A DNA stretch of 64,000 nucleotides from Podarcis bocagei (lineage: Eukaryota), in NCBI GenBank assembly GCA_964188305.1, contig OZ076888.1; one strand, 5' to 3'. The notes beneath the pieces are model-generated. The model made no database searches. It was not told the origin of the DNA and was given only the letters and a program-made list of their open reading frames with translations. Position numbers and translations under genes: made by a program. Position 1 is the stretch's first letter, and every line of letters starts with the position of its first letter. Below, in pieces: positions 1 through 13,895 of the stretch.

Positions 1-844
1 TCTGCTTGTGCAGCTATTGCTAAATCATAGTTTAGCATTACATGCAAACATAGTCAATGTATTTTCAGATGTACTTAAGTCAACACTCAACTACTTTCTC
101 TGAAGACCCAGAATACAAGTTGAGAATATACCCCTGGGGTCTCTGTAGCACAGCAGAATCCTCTGGGTTATGCTTTTGCTTTGTGCGCTCTTTTCCCTTC
201 CTGTCCTCCAGGGCCCTGTCCTGTGTTGCTTTGCAGGATTAATAGCTGGAGTGCCTTGTGTGCTGCATTGTTTGAACATTTAACTGGCTATCTCATACAG
301 TTAGTGTAAAGTACAGATAAAATGGTACAAAACCAATAATGATGAAGCACCATTTATCTCCTTCCCACGAGCTCCTGCAGTTCTGCAATAAAATTGCTAT
401 GATGAATAATCCCACAGTTGTTGTTGTTGTTTTTTAAAGTGATTAATGAGGCTACTATTATTGCTTCCTTATTACACATTCGGTACAGTTAGCTTGTTTT
501 GCTGCATTTTGTTGCAACTTTGAGGATGTGATAGTCTGACAAGTGGTGCGGAGGCAAGTGTGGTCTTTACTATAGCAAGCCTGGACAGTGTCTGTGGAGG
601 TCCTCGGGTGGCCAGAAGACAAGACCCCACTCTCCACCTCACTGACGTGGTCCAAAGGAAAGCAAAGCAAAGCAATACATTTGGCACCGCCTTGGCTGTA
701 GCAGCTGACGGAAGCAGGCATGCAAGATGCCATCTAACCTCCTTAGCAAGAGACCTACCCACTTGGCACTCACGTCCTTAAATAAACTGCTTTTAATATC
801 AGTCTTTAGAACTTTTGTAAGGATAAGGGTTGCAAGGATAAGGA

Positions 845-910
845 TAACAGAATCAAATAATTGTAGAGTTGGAAGAGATCCAAAGGGTCATCTAGTCCAA
901 TCCCTGCAAC
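845..910 (-). mobile_element. CR1-type 3' tail fragment
   Basis: agaatca...ttgtagagttggaagagatccaaagggtcatctagtccaa is the reverse complement of the CR1 3' end motif. Confidence 0.65.
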
Positions 911-2178
911 TCCCTGCAATATGGAAGCATCACATCTAAGATAAGGTACCAAGGATAAGGGTGGATACATATATGTAATTATCTGAAGAAACAACCCCAA
1001 TCTGCTTAAATACCAGCAAGTTACTTGTAGCTTCCACTGGATATCTTTGCTGTTCAACATTATTTTTGCTTTTGAGTGTTGCTGTTATTTCAGCTATATC
1101 CAGAGGAGCCCTGTCTTCAAAACTTTACTGCTGGATTTTATTTTATTTTACTGTGATTTTATTCCAGTATTGCATTCCCTTGCACACATACAGAATGCAT
1201 GCAGTTTTTCTTTGTAATAACCCCCAGTTGTGGAATTTGTTCCCCTGGAAGTGTGGATGACACCTACATTACTGTGCTTCTGGTAAAGGCTCATCTGTTT
1301 ACCTGGAAGTTTGATGGAAATTCAGTGATGATGATTGCTGCTGTATGATATTGTAATGATTTATATTTTAAATTCCTGATTATTGTTTTAATGCCTTATT
1401 TAATCAGTGTGCTGTTGGTTGTATATTTGAATGTTGTTATTATATCTGACCTATTGTAAACCACTTCATTTTAATTGACGAAAGGTGGTTTCAAGAGTAA
1501 TTCAGAGAATGAATAAATGTTACCATTTCCAGACCTATAGCTTCTACAATATCTCCTGTTTAGTCTCCAGCCAGCTTTCTGGCGTTGCTTACTTCACAAT
1601 GGGTTTCAACACCTTAATTTGTGTAAAGGGTAACTAGCTTACTTATTTCAATCCATTCATCTTTGGGGTGATCTATCTAATTGAACTGAATCAAATAATA
1701 GAGACGAAAGAGTACAGCAGAAATCATGTATTCATGTTTTTTACTGCAATCATGAGAATAGGCTACATGGGTGCCTGTTCAGGGACAGTCAGTGGTTCAT
1801 TGTAGGCAAAAATGCATTATGTGATCTGGTTGCAGATAACATTGAATCTCCAAGTAATTGCCATCACTTATAACCTTGTGGGGTGAGCATCCCCCCACAA
1901 TATACTGCTATTTAGTAGTGTTTCCTCACTCCTTCCACCACGGGCAAAGCAATCATATAGTTCCTAATGCAACCCCCTTTTCTAAAACCCATTCATATCC
2001 AGTACTGCTGGAAGCCTCCAACTCCTCCCTGCTCCACATACGGTAAATGCAAGCCCTCGTCCCCATCAGCTCAGTAATGCTACACCACACATTTATTCTC
2101 TATCCCTTAAACAATGACATGTTGCTAATGAAAAATTCAAATTGTGCTGATTATGCATCCATTCTTCCCTCTCTTCAG

Positions 2179-2500
2179 ATCACAAAGAAGCAGTGCTGTT
2201 GGAGTGGCGCTCTTCGGCTTGGATTTACCTCTAAGGACCCCTCTAGGATTAACCCAGAAACCCTGCCCAAGTATGCATGTCCAGACCTCGTTTCTCAGAG
2301 TGGATTCTGGGCCAAGGCCCTCCCGGAAGAATTTGCAAATGAGGGAAACATCATCGCATTCTGGGTGGACAAAAAGGGACGTGTATTTTACCGGGTTAAT
2401 AACTCTGCCGCCATGTTGTTCTTCAGTGGAGTGAGGACCACCGAACCATTGTGGGCTTTGATTGACGTCTATGGACTCACACGTGGAGTGCAGCTGCTAG
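2179..2500 (+). CDS. NEURL1: NEURL1 internal coding exon (NHR1 C-terminal part; likely exon 3)
   Basis: Acceptor ttccctctcttcag|ATC and donor CTAG|gtaggt; 322 nt. Translates [21 protein letters not shown]...[18 protein letters not shown], a neuralized homology repeat. Upstream exons are outside the window. Confidence 0.97.
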
Positions 2501-2924
2501 GTAGGTGCATTTCTGGAAAATATGACTTTGTCATGGGAAGGTAAGTCGCCTTATTGCTGAAAGCAAAAGTTTCTATTCTCTGGACACATCTTACCTGAAT
2601 TAATCCATTATACCTTATTATTTCTGGTAATGCCATTTTCTGAAATGTGTATGTCACAGTTCCTTATCTTTTTCCAATTATCATAAGTCAGAAAGACCCT
2701 ATGGTTGTGCTGCTTTGCTTGTGCTGTGATAAATGCTCATCTTTCTTAAGGCCAATAATTGTACATTGTACAAACAGTATTACAACAAAGGGTCTTGCAA
2801 CACCTTAAAAACTAACATTTTTTTGTAGTATAAGCTTTTTATGTGATAGTGTCATGTGTGTGAGAGAGTGATTTTGTTTATCTTGTGCTTTTATATAGAA
2901 TTGTCACATTGATATCTTTTTATC

Positions 2925-2990
2925 TGGCGATGCCAAGAATTGAACCTGGGGCTTTCTACATTCAAAGCATGTGCTCTACAACTGAGTTAT
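2925..2990 (-). mobile_element. tRNA-derived SINE head fragment
   Basis: gaattgaacctggg...tgctctacaactgag gives B-box/A-box-like motifs on the minus strand. Confidence 0.55.
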
Positions 2991-4650
2991 AATAAATCTG
3001 TTCATTTCTAAGGTGTCACAGGACTCTCTGTTGTTTTTGCTGCAATGTATTATCATAGTTGTCCCTTTGGAAAAAGTACAACCCTCTGGAAACAGCACAA
3101 CATGAATAAAGGTTGTGTTCACTACTTTATTATCCAGACTTGAACAGGATGCAAAATGGTAGAAAGCGATTCGGTTCATATGTTTAGTAGTCTCAGCCTT
3201 AAAATATCTTCCACCTTTGTCCTTTAATTAATAAGCCTGAGCAAAGCTGGAGTGCTAAATAAATTCCAGTGGAGTTTCACCTATGTTTTGTCTACATAGC
3301 AGAACAAGAATCAGACCGTATTTGTTGTTAGAAAGTGCTGCTTGATGCCATCCATGTAAACCTTACATTCCTCACTCTTGTTCATAAGGACGTCAAAGAC
3401 CAAGCAAACAAGATGGGTCTGGAAGTAATAAATCATAATGAAAATAAATATCATTAATAGAAGAATTTTGTTATGACAGACTATTGGTGCACATTCTGAA
3501 GCATGGAATGCACTCCATAAAAGTTCTCCATTATCTTATTTAACTCTCTTACATCTGACATGGGTAAATACATTTCATAGTTTATGCATGGCTCACATTT
3601 TACCTGAAATAAGGATTTGCTGGTTGTTACTTCTATTTAAATGAAATTGCTCTTCTTAAAAATATTAGGTTTAGAAAATAAAATATGTTTCCCGGGCTCT
3701 AGGAGAATCCTTAGTAGATCATTTTATTACACAATAGAAGTACAGCCATGAAAAATAATTTTATTGTGCTTTAAAAGCTCTGTTGTGAGAGTTCCCCGTG
3801 AGCTGAGAGTTCCTGAGCACTTGTAAGGCAAAGCTCCAGAATAAATGGAAGTTCAGCTGTGAGGTTCAACTAAAATTCAAGACCAATTAACATAACAATC
3901 CTTTTTACACTATGAGTTGACATACTTTGCGATTACATGAGTTGACATACTTAGCAGCTTTTGCATAGGGATAGTGTATGCATAGTGTATGACAGACATC
4001 TGTGATATTACTGATGCTTCATGTAACATTTAAGATTTATTGAAATCTTAAGTGAGCTGAAGTTAGTGTAACTGTTCGTTAGAGAAAGTCACATTGTTGT
4101 ATCTTTAATGTATACAAAATGATGGTATGAGTGGCTTATATTCTGATAGAAAGATCAGAATATTGCTGATAAAATAATATTTGTGTTATAGTGTAAACAG
4201 TGTGTCTAGCATTATATGTGAATCGTTCTGGGATTTTTACCCATTTTAGCAAGGCAGGGAAGAAGAGGGCTAATGCACGTCATTGAACCATGAGGTTATG
4301 TGCAATATTCTCATAGCTAACCTTGGCATTAAAATGCACTTTTAATGCCTAAAATAAGACTCGTAGCAGAAATAATTTTGAAATCAGTCCCTGGGTTTGA
4401 AAGTGGATGGAAGGAATGAATTATTATATTATTTTAAGGAATGATATTTGAGAGGGAAACATATGGAATTCTCAGCCTTGTTAGTTTGCTAGCAATGCTA
4501 ACATCTAGTGGACTCATTTGCTCTCCATCCGTTTACAGATGTTAAAGTTCCATCAACCTTCCCTACACCCATAATTCCCTTTGAATTCGAAACGTCTCAC
4601 AGCAAGTTACCTACTTTCTTTATCTTCCTTTCCTTCACAGAGAGTTAAAC

Positions 4651-4787
4651 CAGGCATCCCCAAACTCGGCGCCCCAGATGTTTTGGGACTACAGTTCCCA
4701 TCACCCCTGACCACTGGTCCTGTTAGCTAGGGGTGATGGGAGTTGTAGTCACAAAAGCATTTGGAGGGCCGAGTTTGGGGATGCCTG
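4651..4787. mobile_element. hAT-superfamily hairpin MITE
   Basis: TIR CAGGCATCCCCAAACTCGGC / GCCGAGTTTGGGGATGCCTG, near-complete palindrome, perfect 8-bp TSD AGTTAAAC. Confidence 0.93.
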
Positions 4788-5146
4788 AGTTAAACTTTTC
4801 ACTCTGCTTCATTATGAGAGCTAAAAGGCAGAAGTGTCCTGCAGATATCTTGTCTCTGCCAATTAGCTAAATGCAGTTAGTACAAAGCAGCATAACCAGT
4901 ACAGCGAGGCACCTGCCACCAGGATTCAGATTCCCCTGCCGCTTAGAATGAGTTTATGCAATTGACATTAATGCTCAGACATTTTATTTATAGCATGTTC
5001 CAATTGCCTTTGGCAAGCTTAATCTTGGCAACTGTCTTGAAGCCTCTTAATCTTGTTTCTTACGCATCTCCATTCTGTATTATGTGGTGTCAAAGCTCAG
5101 GTGCTTGTTGACATATAATTCTTCATCAATTCTACACTCACTTTGG

Positions 5147-5237
5147 GGCTGCACTCCTGTACCCCCACCTACATGGGAGTAAGTCCTGTTGAACTCAGTA
5201 GGACTTACCTCTGAGTAGACATGCATACGATTGTGGT
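5147..5237. mobile_element. Short degenerate palindromic repeat
   Basis: gagtaagtcctgttgaactcagtaggacttac core; related copies near 24350-24545, 52845-52935 and 53853-53930. Confidence 0.6.
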
Positions 5238-8102
5238 ATTCCTCACCTTTCCTTGTGAATTTTAATCAAAGGCATTGGATGGGGAAACTACAAAAATTAG
5301 AGGCAGTAGAGGTTCAGGAGTTGTGTTCTGAGAACTTTTGGTTGTTTTCTTCTAAAAATAAGCTGAACTAACTACTGAGATATAAATCTAAAACCTGTTC
5401 TACACATACTCGTTTGTAATGATTGACCTGCTGTTTTTCCAATACCCCAAAGGATTTTTTAAAAATAAAAGAAATCAAGATAATGGAGTCGGACATCAAC
5501 TAGAAAACATTGGCTACTAAAAACAGATTAAATAGGATTACTTTCCTAGTACAGAGAAGTCAACATTGTGAAATCAAATATACAGATGCTATTGAAAATT
5601 AAGAGAATGGGTATTTTATTACATTGTTTAGAGGAAAAGGTACATCATCTTAATTGATGGTTATGTAATGTATTTTATTTTGGATGTCATTGTTCCCATT
5701 ATGATTTCTTAAACCAAGAGCAAAAGTAAACAAAAGGGTTGAAATGCAAATATTCTATTATGGGAATTAATCTTTACAATCTCCCTTAATACTTTTCAAA
5801 TGATTAAGCAGAGTAGTTTGACCTCAGGAGGTCACTTTTACCAGCCAAACATGCACTTCTCTGCATTTCTTATATATATTGAAAGAAAGAAACCTGGAAA
5901 TCACAGTCATGTGAACAATTTTCTGTTTCAAAAATTTGATCATTGGTTAGCTCAGCATATGCATAGCTCAGCCTTTTTGAGCCCATTTTTGAGAGATGTG
6001 GATTCCTTGGACAGCGTTGCCTGAGGGACTGAATCAACTAGCTTTGCAGGAGACGGGATAGTGATGCCCCCTTCCAATTACAACATGGCTCCTCCTTTCC
6101 TGTAATTGTTTTGTGCTGTGGCCATTATACTTGATGTGCTCATTTTCTTTTCTCGTCCATGCCTTTTGTACCATTCCTAATGAGTTGTAACCCTGAATTG
6201 TAAACTGTGAACATTTCTGTAAAAAAGAATATAGATAAGTAAAAACATACGGAACCTAGAAATGAATGTTGCTGGTGCAGTGTGAAGTATTCCTGTTCAA
6301 GGATGCCAACCAGCCAGCCATGAAAGACATTCCAGAATACTCCACTCTGCACCCTCTTCTATACTCACCTGTTTCCCCCCCCTACCCCAACAATCAGCCA
6401 GCATTTCATGACTATTACTGAGCATGCCCAGTCTTCCTCAGACCCACCCTCTTCCCTCCTAAAGATTTGTTGTTGTTTTTTGCACTTCTGCAAATCTTGA
6501 AGTCAACAACATCCAAATCTTGGAGTCTACATCTCTCTTGTGTTAGGATGGTACAGCTCAGGGAAGTGACTGCCTGGATCTCCCTTGACAATAAATTTGT
6601 GTAGTTCTATTAAGAAGAACTAGGCACAGTTCCCTTCTTTCTGCATCTTACTAAGTGGAAGGATATGTAATAGAGCCTTTCCATTGGCTGCAGTGTCCAT
6701 GTAGATTCATGCAGGGAGTGATGTTATTTCAGATATCCAGGTACCAAACCACAGAGGGCTTAAAATGCAAGATCCAAAGCTTGAATTGGGTCAGGAAACA
6801 TTTTGGGATCTTGATATAATACTAATATAAGGTGACGTGGCTCCTGTCAGTTGACACATTTTGTGCTAGTGGTGGTTTCCAAAAATTTTTTAAGGGTAGC
6901 TCTAGGCAGAATGAATTATAGAAGGCACCAAGGCATTTGTAACTGCATCAACATCAGCCTTATAATGTGCTTAGGGTCTTCTCTTACTTCCCAGTGATGG
7001 GGATGGCTCATAGGGTCTTCTACCACTCTTTCAGTAGCCCTATGCATTGTTTAGACAAAAATAAGCCAGCCAGCCACCCCCCGTTTATCTTCATAGAACC
7101 CACTTTTTATTATTGCTTTCAGCTTTTCAGTTGGTGGGACAGTACATTTAGACAGGTCAGATTCGAACATGGATGCTAATTAACTCCAGATATTTTAATT
7201 TGTGTTAGTGGATGAAGAAATTAACAACACTAAGAATGTTTACACCAGCAAGCAAACACAACTGACTGGAATGATTCCCTTCACACTAGTTCTATAAGTC
7301 TATGTAAATAAGCCTTCAGTGTGAACAGATGTGGCATGGTCTTCTTGAAAATGAAGAGAGCCTGAGAAAATATCTTTAGGAGTATTGCATGTGCAGTGTC
7401 TTGAACTAGATGCTGTGTGTTGTTGGACTCTGCAACTTTTTGGCAGTGAGAAGAATGGGAACGGATGGAATGTTTATCACTTACCCACCCTCAACTCCTA
7501 GTAAACCACAACAACCCTCAAAGTATTACTGATGATCGTCTAAGAGGAAGGTGGTGACAGACTCTGGACATTGTGAGGCACTTGCACACCAGAGAGATAG
7601 GTGGTCCTGCCCTGTGGTGGGCTGTCACCAGAGGGAACTGCCCTTTGGCTCACCATGAGGGCAAGAGTTGTCATTGCCTTTTCAGTCTGTGTTTGAATGT
7701 GTGAGGGTGTTTGGAACTGAGGGTGGCATGTTTGATGGGTGCTTCTGGGTGAAAGCAGGGAGCACTCTTGCTGGGCTGCACTGGTGCCCTAAGTAAGAGC
7801 TAGGATACCAGGGTGCACAAGATGAGATAAGAGGCCAACTAGTGACTGCATACCCAGTATTGAGTGTTTGAGAATGAGGATGGTGTGTTTCAGGGGTGCT
7901 GCTGGGTACCCAGTGGTTGATACTGGGGCTTTACTGAGAGCTAGGGTACTAGGGGTGTAATAGAATTTTGTGAGTGATGGGACTAGACCATTGCTGCCAT
8001 CTAACAACTTCCGGCACCAATCTAATCTAAATGATAACCCTCAGCACCCACCCAATATCAATGACACAACTCCACAGTCGCATCACTCACAATATATAGG
8101 TA

Positions 8103-8297
8103 CAGTGGTTAATTCGTTCTGGAGGTCCGTTCTTAACCTGAAACTGTTCTTGACCTGAGGTACCACTTTAGCTAATGGGGCCTTCCGCTGCCGCACAATT
8201 TCTGTTCTCATCCTGAAGCAAAGTTCTTAACCCGAGGTAATATTTCTGGGTTAGCGGAGTCTGTAATCCAAAGCGTCTGTAACCTGAGGTACCACTG
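8103..8297. mobile_element. Tc1/mariner (pogo/Tigger-like) MITE, family A, with a deletion in the left TIR
   Basis: TA|CAGTGG...GAGGTACCACTG|TA; body matches the copies at 19781 and 35234. Confidence 0.9.
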
Positions 8298-10719
8298 TAT
8301 CTGTCAGATGAATGTAAACTGGTAATTGGTTAAAGTGGATGCATAATATATATGATAGTGGATGTATGTATGAATGATGGGTGCATAGTGGTGCTGAGAG
8401 TGCCTGGGTGAGTGGAATATCGGTCCAGTGTTTGCCTGGGTGATTACAGCAGAGGAGAGATCACTAGATGTGCCTCAATATCAGTGGTAACAGGCAGGAG
8501 GAATTATAGCATTGGAGGCGGATGAGACATCGATGGAGTAGGGACACTGCATGCATGCTGTACCCCCTTCTCTCTCTCCATCTATCTGATATTTGGTAGC
8601 TCCATTGGAATGTTTCCCAGTCTGGCGGCACTGTTATTTAACATGAAGTCTGTATGCAATAAGACCATATCTGGTGGGCAAGCTGGCTGGAGTGGATTTG
8701 ACCCAGCTTTGCCTGCCTAGGAATTTGGTGCAGCTTTTCCCATCTGGGTATTGTTGCAGCGATATGTTTAAAAGTGCAGTGAGAGGCGTAACTTGCCATG
8801 TTTATCTCCAGGGGCTCTAAGCATAGGATGATCATGGCAGCTTCAGTAGCAATGGTGTTCTTAATCACTCTACTATAAACAACTGGCAGGCTATAGTCCA
8901 AACAGTTCCTGTACCTCTACATTCCATTAAATGCCTTTGGACCAAAACATACATTTAGTTCTTTTGAAAATAATATTTTAATCTTTTAAAATCTTCTCTG
9001 TCACAGTTGCAGCTTTCCTGAAAACACTCTCTCCAATTGGCCTATATATCTGTATCTATATATCTGTGGGTGTGAGTGGGTGTGAAGGAGGTAGTTGGGA
9101 GGCATTTTTCACTACTGGGATGCTTCTTCCTTGTTAACAGGATGCAGAGACAACTTATAAGTCACTTCCTGGGAAGGAGGGGCTTCCAACTTACAGAGTG
9201 ATCCTGGCCTTGGCAGGATGTGCCTAGGCTTCTAATTTCATAGTGGGCCCAGTCCTTCATTACAGCCCTAGCAAAAAGTCTCTCCCTGTTTGTTCCACAA
9301 TTCCAAAAATCTCTGAACTGCCTTCACAGGCTACTCAACAAAGGGCAAGAGCCCATTTCACCTTTCATAGTCCATAGACTATGAAAATTTGAATCCTGTT
9401 TGTATCCTAGGTTAACTCACTTCTCAGCCTGACCATAAGTGTGTAAACAAAGAATTGGCCCGAAGTCTGAAGGGTCTTGAGAAAAGGAACCTAGGCATTA
9501 TGACAGAAATTTGTGCAGATTCATGGACACCAGGAACTAGATTGTTGTGTCAGGGGCATGATGAGTGTGGATCAGATCTGTAGCCCTAGGGTTCCTAGAA
9601 CAGCTATAAGTGTGGGATGGGTCCTAGAAAAGATGTATTCCTGCTTGACAGTAAACTAGGTAGCAGCTGAGTCCCTTCCACATCAAAGGTTTTGGTTGTT
9701 GCTCCAAACTAAGGCAAAGCTCAGTTAAGTTCTGGGCAAATGAGCCACAAATTTATAGACTCCATTTAGTAGTGGAATGAAGAGGACTGGTTTCAGTTGG
9801 GCATTCCACTGCTAGAGCTTCCAAGTTCTTACCTAGCTAGGAAGCCCACAACCTAGAGCCTAACAGCTTAGAATTAGTGGTCCTCATTGAAGCAAAGCAG
9901 AATTATCAGCTGGCATTCCTGCATTTGAAAAACAGACTTCTACAAAAGTATGTTAGGGTGTTCACAAGTAACGCCAAAGTAAAGGTTTTCATCTATTGAT
10001 GAGGAGTGGTAGTGTTGTAAGCTGCTCACAAGGAAATGATAAGCATCATGAAGTAGATTCCAGGCAGAATGACACCTAGTATCTAAGAGTACAACATATG
10101 ACTAAAGTAGAAAATACCACGGCTGACTATCTTGACTGCCAAAACATAGATGAAGATGTAGGACTGACCCATATTCATCCAAAATAGATACTATGCCATC
10201 ACAAGAATTGTGGAGGCTACCAGTGCATACAGAACACTTTTCTTTTAATCAGAATGGGTTCTGTGGGGCAGAAAGTTTCCAAGGCCATTATTACAATGTG
10301 ACTTTGCAAGTTATATAGAAGCTTATTAGACAGAGCACGTCCATCCTTTTTGGAGTGGTGGTCATTCCTTTTGGTAAATAGCACTAGTGAGGGAGACAAG
10401 CAGAGTGGCCACCTACACCTTTGTGCACGCACCCTCCAAATCCTGTTAAGTTGCCTTCTTTGCCTTGGTGGAGGATCCTAAATGAAATGCTGCAGCATAA
10501 GTAGGCCAGGAGTACCGCATCCAGCTTGGCTGGGGTGGGGTGGAGTAACTGCTCTTGAAATGCAATTGTTGGAGAATGTCCTGTCATCTCATGGGAGACT
10601 AACATTTTCTTTATTTTTAATGTTCATTTCAGGTTGTTGTATGGGGAAGACACTATTCCTGTCCTTGCTCTTCTTTCTTACTGTCATCTGCATTTCAGTC
10701 AGTTTGAGAGCTGGGAATG

Positions 10720-10721
<2 letters not shown>

Positions 10722-10794
<73 letters not shown>

Positions 10795-10797
10795 CGC
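10722..10797. repeat. Compound microsatellite (CT)n(GT)n(GC)n
   Basis: Directly visible. Confidence 0.95.
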
Positions 10798-13428
10798 CTC
10801 TTTCAGTTACTCTGTTAATAGTGGATTTTGTTTCCTTGTGTAACACTTTTATTTAGTAAAATCATAGAGAGATCCAAGGAGAGAACATCCTCTTTTGCCC
10901 CCCACTCTTCAGGAAGTAACTTCTAATTTGACAGTCTTGTGTTTTTGATGGAAGGGCATCCCAGTGGTGAAGAATGCTCTCATTCTACATCTTGGAATGA
11001 AAATTCGTTGCGTGGAGAACATTACTGTCCGTAGTTTCAGAGCCTTTCCAGTTTTATGCTCAGAATCAATTCATCTTGGTGCAGCCATGAAAATTGGATT
11101 TCTTTCCTTTCTGCGTACTTTTAAAGGATATGTATTGATACCTCCGTTGGAGTCCTTGAAACAAAATGAGCATGAGTCAGAAATTTACTGGATGTTATTT
11201 TCTCAGGAAGGGGGATCGCTATATAGCCTGCAGATTTAATATCCTTTCTGTGTATCTATGATCGGCCTTTGTGCACAATATCTCTGCTCTTTCGCTTGTG
11301 GGTGGTCTGGCTGAGGAGAGAGCTGTATGCGAGACCATTTTATAATAATCCAGCCTCATTGTTGCATTTCTCAAAAGACCTGCTGCTGAATACTCAGCAA
11401 TGTACTAAGATTATCCTTAAAGTCTTAGTGTTCAGGAATTGAACATGCAGATAACTAAGCAATCTCATCTTGCAGATGAATAAATCTCCTTTCTCTCAGG
11501 TCTGGTTCAGGCATTTGAGCCCATAATAGTGTCCTTCACTTGTTGGGAACTGGCTTTGGCAGCAAGGGCACATGTTGCTGCCATCTCACAAATGACACTC
11601 TGTGCAAGGTTGACAAGTATATGTGCAATTCACCCAATGTATGTCTTCCTCCTACACCTGTTGGAAGGGGGAGAGGAACATGCAAATCTAGCTGTATGCT
11701 CCTGATAGCTTAGCTCCCATACAGGGCACTTTCACTGCTGCTATTTTTTGGGTGGTATTCAATCACATACAGACAAATGTAGATTGCACTATTATAGTTG
11801 ATTAGGAGGTCTTGTGCAACAAACCTGACGGTAAAGAAAGGGACAGAGAAATGTGTTGGAAATTGTGGGACAGCACTTGTTTTGATGCAACATTGTCTAA
11901 ACTCCCTGCAAAGAAAGCAGGATAAATGCTCAATAAATGGGTCGTCTGGCAGTGGCCACAATGTTGTTCACAAGGTGTTGGGCACATGCTCTCTAGTAAA
12001 AAGGATATTAACATGGGCTGAATGTTTGAATTGGGTCTAGTGAAACATTCCAATATTCTCTCCATAACACAGGAAATAGCACAAGAATTCTGCAGTCCTC
12101 ATCTATGGGAGCCAAGAACATATTGGATGGTATTGTTCCTTTAGGCAGAGGGGAGTGAGAAATATAGGGCAAGAGTGTATTATATAGTATCGGAGAGTGA
12201 CCCTCCTCCTCCTTTGGCTCTCCAATCAATACTTGCATAGGGATTGTAGGAAAAGCCTCATGTATTCTGTGCTGCTGCCTACTACAAATTGACTCATCTA
12301 CACTCCTAAAACTGTGTCTGGGTACATGATAATGGTAAAATACTTTGTTTATTGCAAAGCTCATTCATTAACATGATTTGAACTTGACAGGGTACGTCAA
12401 GACCCTGGAGTAACCAGGTCTGATATTTTAAAAATAATATATTATGAATAATGGAAGATTCTATCTGACATTGGCAAAAAATGAATAAACAGATTCACAA
12501 GCTGTCAGATCTTCAACAGTGATATCTCAGAAAGTTAATTGGACTGTGGCAAAAATCTTCATCCCATTGAAATGATAAAACATCTTAATGGCTGTGGCTT
12601 GTGCAGACTTGTGTGTTTAGCTGTCCCTGATGCATTTTCTTGTCCATTATGAGTGCTGAATTATAGTCACTTAAAGCGAGGCTTATGTAAAACATTAAAT
12701 CATTATCCTCTTCTCAGTCAAGGAACTACAGAAGAGCAATTCACTCTGTTTAGAAACTAACCAGAATAATGACTTTCATATGTCTGGAATATGCACCCCT
12801 AATCTATAGCATCTTTTTTTTTTTTAATCAAAATGATTCTAAAACAGGTTTTACATTGTTTACTAAAATCATCTGTCTCCAAGGGCTATTTGGTATGTAC
12901 TGAAAGGCTCATCCCCACAACTTTTGGAAATACTATCAGTGTGATGTTATCCACGTCTCTGTCCTAAGGAAAATCCAGTTTGTTGATAAGAGAGCAAGTT
13001 ATCATGGCACAAAGGCAGGGAATGAGGAATACTAGTTGACAAAATGGTACCCAGCCAAACTGATAGGGTGAAATGCACAGTTAGCTTTAAAAAAGACAGA
13101 AATAAGTTGAACAACCCATCCTATAGACTCATCTACTTTCCTTCTAGTTAGTGAAGAGCTAAAGTTGCACATGCAGTCCTTTTCATGAGTGGCTTTTTGA
13201 AATGCTGCAGTGTGGAGGCTGTTCATAGGAAGCAGTGATGTGTTTATGTAAATTTAAAGCAACTGCCCATACAATTTCTGCAGTTGTCATCATACCTTCA
13301 TAGAACACCTTTTATAGGTGGTGATGGTGTGGTGGAGGGAGCTGTGATGCTATGGTGAACATTGTCATAACTGCACAGGGAATTTCTTCAATAATAATAA
13401 TAATAATAATAATATAATATAAAATTGC

Positions 13429-13895
13429 TGTCAGGGGACTGCCATCGGAACAGGGGAGGGAGGCAGGGGGGCCGTTGGGATACAGAGAGCATCCAAAACT
13501 CCTGAGGAGCAGTTCCTCTTCCAGCAGTGGGAAAAGCCACACCTGCAGTGGAGAAGAGAGGGAAGGGGCCAGCCAAGCAAGGAAAGGGCTCGAGGATGCT
13601 GCTGAGAGCCCCAGCACCTCACCTAGCCAGGTTAGCCAGGAGGGACGCACGCCCCTTCCATCGCCCTGCTTGTGTAGAGGGGTGAAATACAAGGAGGGGA
13701 GGAGGAGGCTCAGGGTGCTGAAGTTCTTATGTTGGGGGAGAAACCGGAAGGGGCCATTCCCGGATTCTGCAAGTGACTGAGACGGACATGAACTTTGTGG
13801 ATCTGCACTGTAAATAGTTTGCACAATAAAACCTGTAAAAGCCAGGTCAGAGTCCTGCCTGGTTACTCACGAGCAACCATCACCAGCATCTGACA
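13429..13895 (+). mobile_element. Solo LTR (Gypsy-like), 467 bp
   Basis: TGTCAG...CTGACA inverted termini, perfect 5-bp TSD ATTGC, TATA-like tgtaaata near 13808 and AATAAA near 13825. Confidence 0.88.

Noticed and set aside
13312-13824. 170-aa and 101-aa ORFs
   Set aside because: Lie in the solo LTR and (AAT)n tract; no gag/pol similarity.
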